From assembly GCA_041666145.1 (NCBI GenBank), contig JBAYHK010000003.1, positions 6,277-70,276 on the forward strand: a stretch of 64,000 bases of DNA. Direction: 5' to 3'. Of the stretch, positions 8,075 through 17,911 are shown in pieces. The stretch comes from Patescibacteria group bacterium. Its GTDB lineage: Bacteria > Patescibacteriota > Patescibacteriia > UBA9934. The notes beneath the pieces were generated by a model. It saw nothing but the letters and a program-made list of their open reading frames with translations, had not been told where the DNA came from and searched no databases. The position numbers were made by a program, and so were the translations under genes. Position 1 is the stretch's first letter; every line of letters begins with the position of its first letter.

Positions 8075-9656
8075 AACAAGCGGTGTAACGAGCGCGGCTA
8101 TCATCATTGGAGGTTTTTCGATGTTGTCACGTTTTGTTGGCGTATGGCGAGATAATATTCTTTCGAGCATGTTTGGTGCTGGAGATGTTCTTGATGCCTA
8201 TACCAGCGCGTTTCTTATTCCAGACATGTTGTTACAACTGTTGATTCTTGGTGCGCTTTCTGCAAGCTTCATTCCAATATTTTCAAAGTATTACGGAAAG
8301 AATGACGATCAGGCTTGGAAATATACGAGCACGATGCTGAATGTTTTTGGTTTGGGATTTGCAGGTATTGCAATCCTGGCCATTATTTTTGCTCCTTGGA
8401 TGACGACGTTGGTTGCTCCTGGATATGGCGCAGAAAAGCTTGCAGTAACGGTGTCGATGAGTCGGGTAATTTTTCTTGGTGAACTATTTTTTGCAGCATC
8501 GATGGTTTTTGGATCTGTGCTTCAGGGGACGAAGCGATTTTTTCTTTATGCGCTTGCGCCGATCGTTAATAATATCGGGATTATTCTTGGCGCAATATTT
8601 TTTGTTCCATTTTTGGGGCCGATTGGTCTTGCATGGGGAGCGGTTCTTGGGGCAACAATGCATGCAGCTTTGCAGGGGGCTGGTGTTTATGCACTTGGAT
8701 ACCGACACACCTTTCGTATTCCGTGGAATGATCCTGATTTGAAGACGACGAGTATTCAAATGATTCCTCGTGTTCTTGGTCTTGCAGTGAATCAGGTGAA
8801 TTTTGTCGCGATGAGTGCAATTGCTTCATTGTCAGTTTCTGGATCTGCAACGGTGCTTAGGTTTGCATATAACCTAAATTCTTTTCCAATCGGAATTATT
8901 GCAATGGCATATGCGGTAGCTTCTTTTCCTGTGCTCTGTGAGCGTCGAGTCGCAAAGGACATGAAAGGATTTGTTACGGCATTTAGTCATGCAATTCGTC
9001 AGGTGCTTCTTTGGATTGTTCCTGCAACAGTCATGTTCCTTTTACTTCGGGCTCAGCTTGTTCGGTTGGCTTTTGGCCGAGGAAAGTTTGATTGGGCTGC
9101 AACAATTATGACCGCAGATACATTGGCATTTTTTGCATTAAGTTTTGCTGCGCAATCATTTGTTTATATTATCGTTCGAGCTTTTTTTGCTATTGAAGAT
9201 ACGAAGACGCCATTCTTTGCTGGTGCATTTGCTGCGGTTGTGAATATTGCTCTTGGGTATACCTTAGCACCGATGTATGGAGTAGCTGGGCTTGGCATGG
9301 CGTTTTCTTTTTCCGCAATTCTTCAGGTGGCAATTCTCTGGGCGGTATTGCGACATCGTATTGGCGCGCTTGATGAGGGAAGGATTTTAAGAACCGCTGC
9401 ACTGCTTACTGTTGCTGGATCTCTTGCTGGTCTTGCAACACAAGGAATGAAATTTGTTGTTGTTCGATATATTTCCCTTGATACATTCGTTGGTGTTTTT
9501 GTGCAGACTTTGGTGGCTGGTGGCATAGGGATGCTTGTGTATTTCGGCGTTGGTTTTCTTTTACAAAATGAAGAGGTTCGATCATTTACCTCAGCCTTAC
9601 ATCGAAGAGTTTTGCAGCAGGTAAAGCCACAAGAGGTAGTGAGTCAAGACATATGA
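8049..9656 (+). CDS. murJ: lipid II flippase MurJ (MviN)
   Basis: It is a 535-aa polytopic protein with the MurJ N-terminal signature (LSRFVG-RD ... FGAG---DAY--AF-IP) and a MATE-like 14-TM organisation. Confidence 0.85.
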   Translation: MIKKLFTSKTSGVTSAAIIIGGFSMLSRFVGVWRDNILSSMFGAGDVLDAYTSAFLIPDMLLQLLILGALSASFIPIFSKYYGKNDDQAWKYTSTMLNVFGLGFAGIAILAIIFAPWMTTLVAPGYGAEKLAVTVSMSRVIFLGELFFAASMVFGSVLQGTKRFFLYALAPIVNNIGIILGAIFFVPFLGPIGLAWGAVLGATMHAALQGAGVYALGYRHTFRIPWNDPDLKTTSIQMIPRVLGLAVNQVNFVAMSAIASLSVSGSATVLRFAYNLNSFPIGIIAMAYAVASFPVLCERRVAKDMKGFVTAFSHAIRQVLLWIVPATVMFLLLRAQLVRLAFGRGKFDWAATIMTADTLAFFALSFAAQSFVYIIVRAFFAIEDTKTPFFAGAFAAVVNIALGYTLAPMYGVAGLGMAFSFSAILQVAILWAVLRHRIGALDEGRILRTAALLTVAGSLAGLATQGMKFVVVRYISLDTFVGVFVQTLVAGGIGMLVYFGVGFLLQNEEVRSFTSALHRRVLQQVKPQEVVSQDI

Positions 9657-10306
9657 AACGGAAGTTGATTGTTCGAATGGTGCTTATTGTTTGTGCGATT
9701 GGTGTTGGGATTATTTTTATATCTGTTGCAGTGGTACGGAATGCGGCACGTTTCATTGTTTCTGAAGATGAGGTAGCGCACGCTCCAATCGCGATAGTTC
9801 TTGGAGCAGGAGTGAAGGAAAGTGGAGACCCGTCGGACATGCTTCGAGATCGACTCTTGACTGCGGTTGATCTTTATCACCGGGGCGTAGTAGACAAGCT
9901 TTTGCTTTCTGGTGACAACGGACAGATTGAATATGATGAAGTGAATGCGATGCGTATATTTGTTTTAGCGCAAAACGTTCCGGCTGAAGATATTTTTTTA
10001 GATCATGCTGGATTTGATACGTATGACAGTATGGTTCGAGCTCGAGAAGTTTTCGGAATATCGTCAGCGATTATTGTGACGCAAAAATATCATCTGGCTC
10101 GTGCGCTTTTTTTGGGACGTACGGAAGGCATTGATGCGTATGGAGTTATCGCAGATCGCCAAAGGTATCTTGGCGCGATTCGATATCAGTTTCGAGAAAT
10201 ATTCGCAGATGTAAAAGCGGTTTTAAGTGTTGTTTTCAATGTGTCACCAACATATCTCGGGGTTCCGATTGATAGTACGGGCGACGGTCGAGCGACATGG
10301 GATTAG
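9653..10306 (+). CDS. SanA/YdcF (DUF218) family envelope protein
   Basis: It has an N-terminal TM helix followed by the DUF218 core (AIVLGAGV ... LLSGDNG). It is about 215 aa. Its ATG overlaps the murJ stop (ATGA). Confidence 0.7.
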   Translation: MKRKLIVRMVLIVCAIGVGIIFISVAVVRNAARFIVSEDEVAHAPIAIVLGAGVKESGDPSDMLRDRLLTAVDLYHRGVVDKLLLSGDNGQIEYDEVNAMRIFVLAQNVPAEDIFLDHAGFDTYDSMVRAREVFGISSAIIVTQKYHLARALFLGRTEGIDAYGVIADRQRYLGAIRYQFREIFADVKAVLSVVFNVSPTYLGVPIDSTGDGRATWD

Positions 10307-10387
10307 ATGGTGATTCTTCCGTAGAGTTTTCTTGACTGTTTTTTGCGAAGCGCCTAAGGTCATGCCTCAGTGTTTTTCTTTTTTCCT

Positions 10388-12226
10388 ATGAAATTAACGA
10401 GATTTCGCATCGGTCTTTTGGCCGTAACTGTTGCCCTTATTCTTGGAGGAATATGGTTTTTTACCCGTCCAGTAACAGCGCAAACATTTGTAACGGATAC
10501 GGTGAAGCGCGGGTTATTGATTCAGACTGTTGAAGTAACAGGGGAATTAAAGAGTGTTTCGGATCTTTCGTTGTCTTTTGAGACATCTGGAACGTTGACT
10601 TCCATATTCACAAATATTGGAGATGTGGTGAAGGCTGGCGATGTGCTCGCAGAGTTGAATACGAGTGAACTTGGCGCAGCTGCGGAACAGGCACGTCAAG
10701 GTGTTGTTGCAGCACAAGCGGATTTAGATTTGAAACTTGAGGGGATTTCTTCAGAAGAGGAAGCATCAGAGCGGGCGAGTCTTGCACTGGCTCAAGCTCA
10801 GTTTGACGCAGCATCAATCGATCTTCGCTCGGCTGTTATCGCAGAAACTGCTGGCAATGCTCAAGATGCTGCAACAGTGGCTTCATCACAGTCAGATTAC
10901 GATCAGGTTGCGGCACAGAATGACGAAACAATTTCGCAGGCAGCTGAAGATCTTGATACAGCACTGATTGCTGGTCTTATTACTGTTCGATCTGGACTTG
11001 AAGCCGCGGATCAGATTCTTGGAGTGGAAAATGGATTGTTGAACATTGAATACGAGCCGTATGTTGGAATTCTTGATATTACAACCATCTCCAATGCTCA
11101 TGATGCTTTTGAGGAAGCAATGGCTGCACGAGATAGTGCCGAAGACGCGGTATTAGCTCTTACAACATCATCGACAGAAGCGGAGGTTCTTGTTGCATAT
11201 TCTCGAGTGTATACAGCGCTGTCTTTTGTATCGAATACGCTTCTTTATACAAGTCGTGTTCTTGATGCGAGTGTTAGTGATAGCGGAACATTCTCAAATG
11301 CAGATTTAGTTGCACTACGTTCAACAATCGCTGCAGAACGATCAACGGTTTCTTCTGCAATTTCCTCTCTTATTTCTTCGAAGCAGCTTTATGACACTGC
11401 GCTACGACAGTCGACAGATCGTATAACAGACGCAACGAATGCGTTGGCACTTGCACAGGCACAACAAGATGCAGGAGAGGCGTCACGATCTTCCGCAGTC
11501 TTAAAGGCAGAAGCTTCTCTTGCAGTGCAGACAGCAAGTCTTTCAAAGGCACAGGCGTTGTTGAACAAGGTTCTTGCCGATCCTCGCGATATTGATGTTG
11601 CAGGATTGAAAGCATCTATTGCTCGTGCACAGGCAGATTATGATGCGGCACTCGCTCGTTTACGAAAGGCACAGATTATTGCGCCGATCGATGGAATTGT
11701 TACAAACATTGTTTTTGATGTTGGAGAACAGGTTAGCGTTGGTACGCAGATGATTACAGAGATTGCTGGCAATGATACTTATGAAATTACGCTCGATGTT
11801 CCAGAAGCAGATATTTCGAAATTGGCCGTTGGACAGACTGCTGATATCACCTTCGATGCCTTTGGCGACCGAGTGAATTTTTCCGGGAGCGTATATTCAT
11901 TAAATCCGGGAGAAAAGGTTATTTCAGATATTGTTTTTTATGAAGCAAAAGTATTGTTAAATACAGAACAGGATGTTTCGATGTTGAAGCCAGGAATGTC
12001 CGCAAACGTCATAATCCGTACGAATCAAAGGGAAGACGTGCTTTATGTTCCAACTCGAACAATTCTTGAACGAAATGGCCTTCCTTATATTCGTGTACCA
12101 AAGAACAGTCAAGAATTTGATGAAGTGGCAGTTACCATGGGTCTGAAGGCGGATGACGGTATGACGGAAGTTCTTACCGGAGTTACGGAAGGTCAGACTG
12201 TTATTGTTACGGTTAAGACACAATAA
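10388..12226 (+). CDS. periplasmic adaptor (membrane fusion protein, HlyD/MacA family) with an unusually long coiled-coil insert
   Basis: It has an N-terminal TM anchor and a beta-barrel/lipoyl start (VTGELKSVSDLSLSFETSGTLTSI...KAGDVLAEL). Then comes a roughly 300-aa Ala/Gln/Ser-rich alpha-helical stretch. The C-terminal MP/beta-barrel domains follow (IIAPIDGIVTNI...). It lies directly upstream of the MacB-type ABC genes. Confidence 0.75.
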   Translation: MKLTRFRIGLLAVTVALILGGIWFFTRPVTAQTFVTDTVKRGLLIQTVEVTGELKSVSDLSLSFETSGTLTSIFTNIGDVVKAGDVLAELNTSELGAAAEQARQGVVAAQADLDLKLEGISSEEEASERASLALAQAQFDAASIDLRSAVIAETAGNAQDAATVASSQSDYDQVAAQNDETISQAAEDLDTALIAGLITVRSGLEAADQILGVENGLLNIEYEPYVGILDITTISNAHDAFEEAMAARDSAEDAVLALTTSSTEAEVLVAYSRVYTALSFVSNTLLYTSRVLDASVSDSGTFSNADLVALRSTIAAERSTVSSAISSLISSKQLYDTALRQSTDRITDATNALALAQAQQDAGEASRSSAVLKAEASLAVQTASLSKAQALLNKVLADPRDIDVAGLKASIARAQADYDAALARLRKAQIIAPIDGIVTNIVFDVGEQVSVGTQMITEIAGNDTYEITLDVPEADISKLAVGQTADITFDAFGDRVNFSGSVYSLNPGEKVISDIVFYEAKVLLNTEQDVSMLKPGMSANVIIRTNQREDVLYVPTRTILERNGLPYIRVPKNSQEFDEVAVTMGLKADDGMTEVLTGVTEGQTVIVTVKTQ

Positions 12227-12228
12227 GT

Positions 12229-12903
12229 ATGTCTGCTGATGTTGTGATTGAGATGCGAGGAATTGCAAAGACGTATCACAATGATGATATTGAAACTCCA
12301 GTGTTGCGTGGTGTTGATTTAGATGTGATGAGCGGAGAGTTTGTTGCGCTTATGGGACCGTCCGGTTCTGGGAAGTCAACACTTATGCATATCATGGGTT
12401 TTCTGGATCAACCAGAAGAAGGGACGTACAAATTTCAGGGTCGAGATGTTAGTCGACTTTCTTCTAATGAGCTTGCCATGATGCGACGTGGTGAAGTGGG
12501 ATTTGTATTTCAAGCGTTTCACTTGTTGCCTCGTTTGTCGGTAATTGAGAACATTATGCTTCCGTTGGTGTATATGGGCGTGCCAGCAAAGGAGCGAAAA
12601 GAGCGTGCAGAAAAAGCGCTTGAAGGCGTTGGGCTTTCTGAGCGACTTGATTATCTTCCGAATCAACTTTCTGGAGGACAGAAGCAACGTGTGGCAATCG
12701 CGCGATCATTGATTACAGATCCTGCGGTGATTTTTGCAGATGAACCAACGGGAAATTTAGATTCAAAGTCGAGTGATCAGGTGCTGAATATTCTTCGAGA
12801 TTTGAATAAAGCTGGTCGAACGATTGTTATGGTAACGCATGAAGTTGACGCTGCTGCATATGCGTCAAGAATTATCCGAATGAAGGATGGCGTTGTAGCC
12901 TAG
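12229..12903 (+). CDS. ABC transporter ATP-binding protein (MacB/LolD type)
   Basis: It has Walker A (GPSGSGKST), the signature motif ([15 protein letters not shown]), Walker B ([11 protein letters not shown]) and an H-loop. Confidence 0.85.
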   Translation: MSADVVIEMRGIAKTYHNDDIETPVLRGVDLDVMSGEFVALMGPSGSGKSTLMHIMGFLDQPEEGTYKFQGRDVSRLSSNELAMMRRGEVGFVFQAFHLLPRLSVIENIMLPLVYMGVPAKERKERAEKALEGVGLSERLDYLPNQLSGGQKQRVAIARSLITDPAVIFADEPTGNLDSKSSDQVLNILRDLNKAGRTIVMVTHEVDAAAYASRIIRMKDGVVA

Positions 12904-12906
12904 TGT

Positions 12907-14139
12907 ATGAAATTACAGGACCTTATTACTGCATCTGTTGATTCTATTCGTCGAAATACCACTCGGTCATTATTGACGGTGCTTGGGATTGTTATTGGTA
13001 TTGCCGCAGTCATTCTTATGCTTTCCATAGGACAGGGGGCGCAAGGATATGTTTTGAATCAAGTTGCAGGTCTTGGGAGCGATCAGATTTTTATTTCTGC
13101 AGGATCTTCAGATAAAGCAGAAGGTCCACCAAGTGCATTCATAGAACAGACTTTGACTTTGGATGATGTAAAGATTCTTCGTCGACGTGGTGATTTTGAC
13201 TTTGTTTCTGCAACGTTGATTACGAACGCATCGGTAACAACTGGCGACCAAAGCCAGTTTATCGATATTGCTGGTGTTGACGAGGACCAGCTTTCGATTT
13301 TTCCAGCAACGGTTACGTCTGGAAGATATGTAACAAATGACGATGTTGATTCATATGCAAATGTTGCAGTGCTTGGGTCGCAAACCGCGCAAGACTTATT
13401 CGGTGACCAAGATCCAGTAGGGGAGCGAATTACGGTGAAGAATGTAAGTCTTCGAATTATTGGTGTGCTTGCGCCGCAAGGGAGTCGATTTTTTTCAAAT
13501 TTAGATACGAGAGTGTATGCGCCGATTACTATGGTGCAGCGTCAGATTGCCGGAGTCGATTATGTAAATTTTATTACGGTAAAAGTTGCAGGAGATCTTG
13601 AAACTGCAAAAGAAGATATTCGATTTATTATGCGAGATGCTCATCGGTTGGACAATCCATCTGGTGATTTGGCAAAGGATGATTTCAATTTGTCGACCCA
13701 GGGAGACGCTGTTGCGACAATTAGTACTGTTGGCTTTGCGCTCACGCTTCTTCTTGCGGCTATAGCAGCGATTTCGTTGGTTGTTGGAGGAATAGGTATC
13801 ATGAATATCATGCTTGTTTCTGTAACAGAACGAACGCGAGAGATTGGATTGCGGAAAGCGATAGGTGCAACAGAAAAAGATATTTTGAATCAGTTTTTGG
13901 CCGAGGCGATCATGTTGACAATCGGTGGCGGTATTCTCGGCGTTGTTATTGGAGTAGGTAGTTCGCTGATTATTGGAGAGATTCTTACAAGGGTTGTAGA
14001 CGGTTGGGCGGTTGTCATTCCACCATCTGCGGTATTTCTTGCGTTTGCAGTTTCGTCTATTGTCGGATTAGTGTTTGGAATCTATCCTGCAAGGCGTGCA
14101 GCGAAGCTCGATCCTATCGAAGCCTTGCGGTACGAATAG
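12907..14139 (+). CDS. ABC transporter permease, MacB/FtsX family
   Basis: It has an N-terminal TM helix, a large periplasmic domain (MacB_PCD-like), and three C-terminal FtsX-type TM helices (LLAAIAAISLVVGGIGIMNIMLVSVTERTREIGLRKAIGA). Confidence 0.8.
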   Translation: MKLQDLITASVDSIRRNTTRSLLTVLGIVIGIAAVILMLSIGQGAQGYVLNQVAGLGSDQIFISAGSSDKAEGPPSAFIEQTLTLDDVKILRRRGDFDFVSATLITNASVTTGDQSQFIDIAGVDEDQLSIFPATVTSGRYVTNDDVDSYANVAVLGSQTAQDLFGDQDPVGERITVKNVSLRIIGVLAPQGSRFFSNLDTRVYAPITMVQRQIAGVDYVNFITVKVAGDLETAKEDIRFIMRDAHRLDNPSGDLAKDDFNLSTQGDAVATISTVGFALTLLLAAIAAISLVVGGIGIMNIMLVSVTERTREIGLRKAIGATEKDILNQFLAEAIMLTIGGGILGVVIGVGSSLIIGEILTRVVDGWAVVIPPSAVFLAFAVSSIVGLVFGIYPARRAAKLDPIEALRYE

Positions 14140-14171
14140 AGACCTTGGTTGATTTTCATTTTTCTTTTTCT

Positions 14172-16052
14172 ATGTTGTCTACAAACGAAATTCGACAAAA
14201 GTATTTTGATTTTTTTTCGAGACATGGGCATATAGTCGTTCCTTCATCTTCGCTCGTACCAGTGAATGATCCAACGACATTGTTTACCGGATCTGGAATG
14301 CAACCGATGATCTCATATTTGCTTGGAGCAACGCATCCTGTAGGAACGCGCATTGTAGATAGTCAAAAGTGTTTTAGAACTGGAGATATTGAAGAGGTCG
14401 GTGACAATCGTCACACAACATTTTTTGAAATGTTAGGAAATTGGAGTCTTGGAGACTATTTTAAGAAAGAGCAGATACCGTGGATGTATGAGTTTTTAAC
14501 AAAAGAGATTGGGCTTGACCCAAAGAATTTGTATGTGACTGTTTTTCGGGGGAGTCCAGAGATTGGGGTTGAGAGAGATGATGAGGCAATTGCGCTTTGG
14601 ACAAAATGTTTTGCAGAGGCGGGAATCGACGCGACGCTTGTAGAGAATTCGGAAGAAGTTGGAATGCAAGATGGTCGCATTTTTTCGTATCCAGAAAAGA
14701 AGAATTGGTGGAGTCGTGCTGGCATACCTTCGAATATGCCAGTTGGAGAACCTGGTGGACCAGATACGGAGATGTTTTACGATTTTGGTATTGAACAAGG
14801 GTTGCATAAAGCGTCGATTTGGAAAGACCTTCCTTGTCATGTGAATTGTGATTGTGGCCGGTTTGTGGAGATTGGAAATAATGTATTTATGCAGTATGTG
14901 AAAACTGCAGATGGATTTGCGGAATTGCCACAAAGGAACGTTGATTTTGGGGGAGGCTTGGAACGGATTGCTTCTGCAGTAAATAACAATCCAGACATGT
15001 TCCTTATTGATGCATTTACTCCGGCTCGATTAGCGTTGGAGTCTGCAACGGGGGTTCGCTATGGATCGTCAGCTGAGATGACGTTTGCTTTTAGAGTTAT
15101 TCTTGACCATATTCGTGCTGCAACATTTCTTATTGGCGATGGTGTGCTACCGGGAAATAAAGATCAAGGATATTTCGTGCGCAGATTGATTCGTCGTGCT
15201 GTGCGGTTTGCGAGAAAGCTAGGTGTTGCAAATGCGCTTGTTCGAACTGTCGCAGAAACCTACATTGATATGTATTCAAGTGCATATTCAAATCTTGCAG
15301 AGAAGCGAGATCAGATTTTGGGCGCAATAGAAGGTGAAGAGGCGAAATTCGCGAAGACGATCGAGCAAGGACTTCGAGAGTTGAAAAAGATTGTAGATAT
15401 TGGAAACGGTGTTACGGGAACAGATGCGTTTAATCTTTATCAGTCGTATGGATTCCCTTTGGAATTGACCGCTGAAGAATTGCAGCAGTCGCATGGGATT
15501 ATTATAGATAGTGAACAGTTTCGTTTAGAGTTTAAAAAGCATCAGGATTTGTCGCGTGCTGGGAGCGAGCAGAAGTTTGCTGGAGGGCTCGCGGACCATT
15601 CTGTTGAAACAACAAAGCTTCATACGGCAACACATCTTCTTCATGCCGCACTTCGAAAAGTACTTGGTGATCATGTTGCCCAAAAGGGAAGCAATATAAC
15701 TGCAGAACGATTGCGCTTTGATTTTTGTCATGGGGAAAAGATGACAGCAGAGCAGATTGAAGAAGTGGAACGAATTGTGAATGAACAGATTAGGAAAGAT
15801 CTTCCAGTTACATTTGACATGTTGACTGTTGATGAGGCAAAGGTGCGTGGATCGATAGGATTGTTTGAAGATAAGTATGCGAAGATTGGCGATAAGATCA
15901 AGATGTATTCTGTTGGTGATTTTAGTAAGGAGATTTGTGGGGGTCCGCATGTTGAGCACACAGGGGAGTTGGGCGCAATCACGATTGTTAAGGAGGAGGC
16001 AGTTTCCGCAGGAGTTCGTAGAATAAAGGCGATTTTGAGAAATAGAGAATAG
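14172..16052 (+). CDS. alaS: alanine--tRNA ligase, minimal form (catalytic, tRNA-recognition and editing domains; no C-Ala domain)
   Basis: It has the AlaRS motifs FTGSGMQPM and QKCFRTGDIEEVG ... RHTTFFEMLGNWSLGDYFK. The editing-domain zinc motif (HTATHLLHAAL ... CGGPHVEHTGE) is present near the C-terminus. The ORF-track N-terminal extension is Cys-rich junk that overlaps the permease. The ATG at 14172 gives the canonical N-terminus MLSTNEIRQKY. At 626 aa it is roughly 250 aa shorter than E. coli AlaRS. Confidence 0.85.
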   Translation: MLSTNEIRQKYFDFFSRHGHIVVPSSSLVPVNDPTTLFTGSGMQPMISYLLGATHPVGTRIVDSQKCFRTGDIEEVGDNRHTTFFEMLGNWSLGDYFKKEQIPWMYEFLTKEIGLDPKNLYVTVFRGSPEIGVERDDEAIALWTKCFAEAGIDATLVENSEEVGMQDGRIFSYPEKKNWWSRAGIPSNMPVGEPGGPDTEMFYDFGIEQGLHKASIWKDLPCHVNCDCGRFVEIGNNVFMQYVKTADGFAELPQRNVDFGGGLERIASAVNNNPDMFLIDAFTPARLALESATGVRYGSSAEMTFAFRVILDHIRAATFLIGDGVLPGNKDQGYFVRRLIRRAVRFARKLGVANALVRTVAETYIDMYSSAYSNLAEKRDQILGAIEGEEAKFAKTIEQGLRELKKIVDIGNGVTGTDAFNLYQSYGFPLELTAEELQQSHGIIIDSEQFRLEFKKHQDLSRAGSEQKFAGGLADHSVETTKLHTATHLLHAALRKVLGDHVAQKGSNITAERLRFDFCHGEKMTAEQIEEVERIVNEQIRKDLPVTFDMLTVDEAKVRGSIGLFEDKYAKIGDKIKMYSVGDFSKEICGGPHVEHTGELGAITIVKEEAVSAGVRRIKAILRNRE

Positions 16053-16059
16053 AAAACAA

Positions 16060-16102
16060 TCGGCCGACCGTCTGAGGAAGACGGTCGGCCAGTTCGTTTT
16101 TG
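16060..16102 (+). terminator. rho-independent terminator after alaS
   Basis: GGCCGACCGTC-TGAGGAA-GACGGTCGGCC: a perfect 11-bp stem, followed by AGTTCGTTTTT. Confidence 0.8.
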
Positions 16103-16530
16103 GAAAGCTAGCACGTTGCTAGCGATTTCCCGTGCTTCTGGATTCCTCTGTTCGTGGCGCTTTGCTCGACACGGCTTTCTAACGGGGGACGTTGCTGTCT
16201 GTTCTGCACATTGCCGTAACTCGGCCTCCGCAGATCACAGTTTTGAATTCAGGAATGTCGTCCCCAAGAGGGAGCCAGCGAGAACGGTGTTTGCGGCGAG
16301 GAGCCGCGGGTCGGGAAGCGGGGGTACTGCTGTTGCGATCCTGGGAGGATTCGCCAGATTCTCGCACGAGGAATCGTGCGCCCGCTTGTCGGGAGGCTTT
16401 GCGTGACATTGATGGAGAACTCCAAATTGGAGTAACGGAATATACCGCCCTTCGTCTCGTCGTGATTCGACGAAACGTTGGGAGATTAGCATATTTAAGA
16501 CAAAAAAGCAATTTTGTATATTAATGTGGG
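16103..16530. ncRNA. GC-rich (roughly 58-60%) highly structured non-coding island; candidate structural RNA of unresolved identity
   Basis: It is a sharp GC spike between a terminator and the infA leader. It carries overlapping ORFs in four frames on both strands, and none has a recognisable protein motif. It has many local hairpins (GCTAGC-ACGTT-GCTAGC; CGCACG-AGGAAT-CGTGCG; CGTCG-TGATT-CGACG) and a long-range GGGGGACG ... CGTCCCC closure. I found no RNase P P4 motif, no SRP domain IV motif, and no tmRNA T-arm/CCA, so the strand and identity stay open. Confidence 0.3.
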
Positions 16531-16633
16531 GGTACTTTCTTGACAGGCATTGTGCATTTGTTACACTTTCGTCGCTTTACTCAGCGGTTCGTGCGCGTTT
16601 GCGCGAGCAGATGTGGTACGATCATCGCAAGTT

Positions 16634-16849
16634 ATGGCGGAAAAAGACTTTATTGAAATGCGCGGTGAGATTCTTGAAAGTCTGCCTTCGGGTAGCTTCC
16701 GAGTGAAACTCGAAAACGACCGCGAAGTCATTGGTCATTTGGCTGGGAAGTTGCGAAAAAATCGCATCCGTGTCCTGCCAGGCGATGACGTCAAAGTGGA
16801 GATCAGCCCGTATGATCTCACAAAGGCACGAATCACGTTCCGGTTTTAG
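16634..16849 (+). CDS. infA: translation initiation factor IF-1
   Basis: The 71-aa protein [71 protein letters not shown] is near-identical in pattern to bacterial IF-1. The ORF-track N-terminal extension has no IF-1 homology, so I rejected it. Confidence 0.9.
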   Translation: MAEKDFIEMRGEILESLPSGSFRVKLENDREVIGHLAGKLRKNRIRVLPGDDVKVEISPYDLTKARITFRF

Positions 16850-16944
16850 ACCGGCGGTATCTCGAGCCTGGACCACAATCATCCCTTATTTATTTGGATG
16901 ATTTTGTCTTATTCCTTTCCGTTTGCTAATTCATCACTTTCTTT

Positions 16945-17058
16945 ATGAAAGTTCGCGCTTCCGTTAAAAAGATGTGCCGCGGTTGCCAGGTCATTCGTCG
17001 CGATGGTCGGGTACGCGTCATTTGTAAGACTCCTAAGCATAAACAGCGACAAGGCTAA
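16945..17058 (+). CDS. rpmJ: 50S ribosomal protein L36
   Basis: The 37-aa protein is [37 protein letters not shown], with the C-x2-C-x12-C-x4-H zinc ribbon typical of L36. It is absent from the ORF track because it is under 60 aa. It sits in the canonical infA-rpmJ-rpsM position. Confidence 0.85.
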   Translation: MKVRASVKKMCRGCQVIRRDGRVRVICKTPKHKQRQG

Positions 17059-17061
17059 TCT

Positions 17062-17448
17062 ATGGCACGTATTGCTGGTGTAACACTTCCATCACAGAAG
17101 CGCCTCGTCATCGCTCTGCAGTATATTTACGGCGTTGGTGAGAACCGCGCTGCAGATATTTTAGAACGTTCAAAGGTCAGCGGTGACATCCGCGTAAAAG
17201 ATCTTTCTCCAGACCAGGAGAATGCAGTGCGCGCTGTAGTAGAAAAAGAATATCGTGTCGAGGGTGAACTTCGTCGTGATGTGCTCTCAAATATTAAGCG
17301 CTTGAAAGACATTGTTGCATATCGGGGTGTCCGTCATGTGCGAGGGTTGCCAGTACGAGGGCAGCGAACAAAGTCTAATTCTCGCACAGTACGTGGGAAC
17401 GTTCGAAAGACTGCAGGTAGCGGTCGTCGAGTTCTTGCAAAGACCTAA
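17062..17448 (+). CDS. rpsM: 30S ribosomal protein S13
   Basis: [10 protein letters not shown] ... YGVG ... has the classic S13 N-terminus and basic C-tail. Confidence 0.95.
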   Translation: MARIAGVTLPSQKRLVIALQYIYGVGENRAADILERSKVSGDIRVKDLSPDQENAVRAVVEKEYRVEGELRRDVLSNIKRLKDIVAYRGVRHVRGLPVRGQRTKSNSRTVRGNVRKTAGSGRRVLAKT

Positions 17449-17451
17449 GCT

Positions 17452-17904
17452 ATGACTGAAGAAGAAATTATCTCGACTCCTGCGGTAGAATTAACTGCTG
17501 CAGAGGTGAGCAATGCAAAGAAACAGGCTGCAAAAGGAAAGAAAAAGACTGTTCGTCAGATTCCACAAGGTCGAGCGTATGTTCACGCGAGTTTCAACAA
17601 TACAATCGTATCGTTGACCGACGCGAATGGTAACGTTATTGCATGGTCGAGTGCTGGAAATTGTGGCTTTAAGGGCCCAAAGAAAGCAACGCCATATGCA
17701 GCGAGCATGATTGTAAAGAAGATCACAGATAAGGCAGAACCTTATGGTTTAAAAGATCTTTACGTGTTCGTTACGGGGATTGGCAATGGTCGCGATGCTG
17801 CAGTTCGAGCCTTAAATACGTCAGGTTTCAATGTTCTGTCCATTAAGGACACGACACCGGTACCACACAATGGTTGCCGCCCACGTCGTGCTCGTCGCAT
17901 GTAA
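17452..17904 (+). CDS. rpsK: 30S ribosomal protein S11
   Basis: AYVHASFNNTIVSLTD ... VFVTGIGNGRDAAVRAL matches the S11 core motifs. Confidence 0.95.
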   Translation: MTEEEIISTPAVELTAAEVSNAKKQAAKGKKKTVRQIPQGRAYVHASFNNTIVSLTDANGNVIAWSSAGNCGFKGPKKATPYAASMIVKKITDKAEPYGLKDLYVFVTGIGNGRDAAVRALNTSGFNVLSIKDTTPVPHNGCRPRRARRM

Positions 17905-17911
17905 TTAACCT

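Noticed and set aside
14004-14171. N-terminal 56-aa extension of alaS from the ORF track (MGGCHSTICGISCV...)
   Set aside because: It is Cys-rich junk that overlaps the ABC permease gene by 136 nt. The ATG at 14172 gives the canonical AlaRS N-terminus.
16116-16524. Four overlapping 85-110-aa ORFs on both strands in the GC-rich island
   Set aside because: They overlap one another in multiple frames and have no recognisable motifs. Open frames are expected by chance in GC-rich DNA. I treated the region as non-coding and structured.
16103-16530. Assigning the GC-rich island specifically as RNase P RNA, tmRNA or SRP RNA
   Set aside because: I searched both strands by eye for the P4 motifs (AGGAAAGUCCGGGCUCC and ACAGAANCCGGCUUA), the tmRNA GGAUUCGACGGG and 3' T-arm/CCACCA, and the SRP GGAAGCAGC. 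None is present, so the identity stays open.
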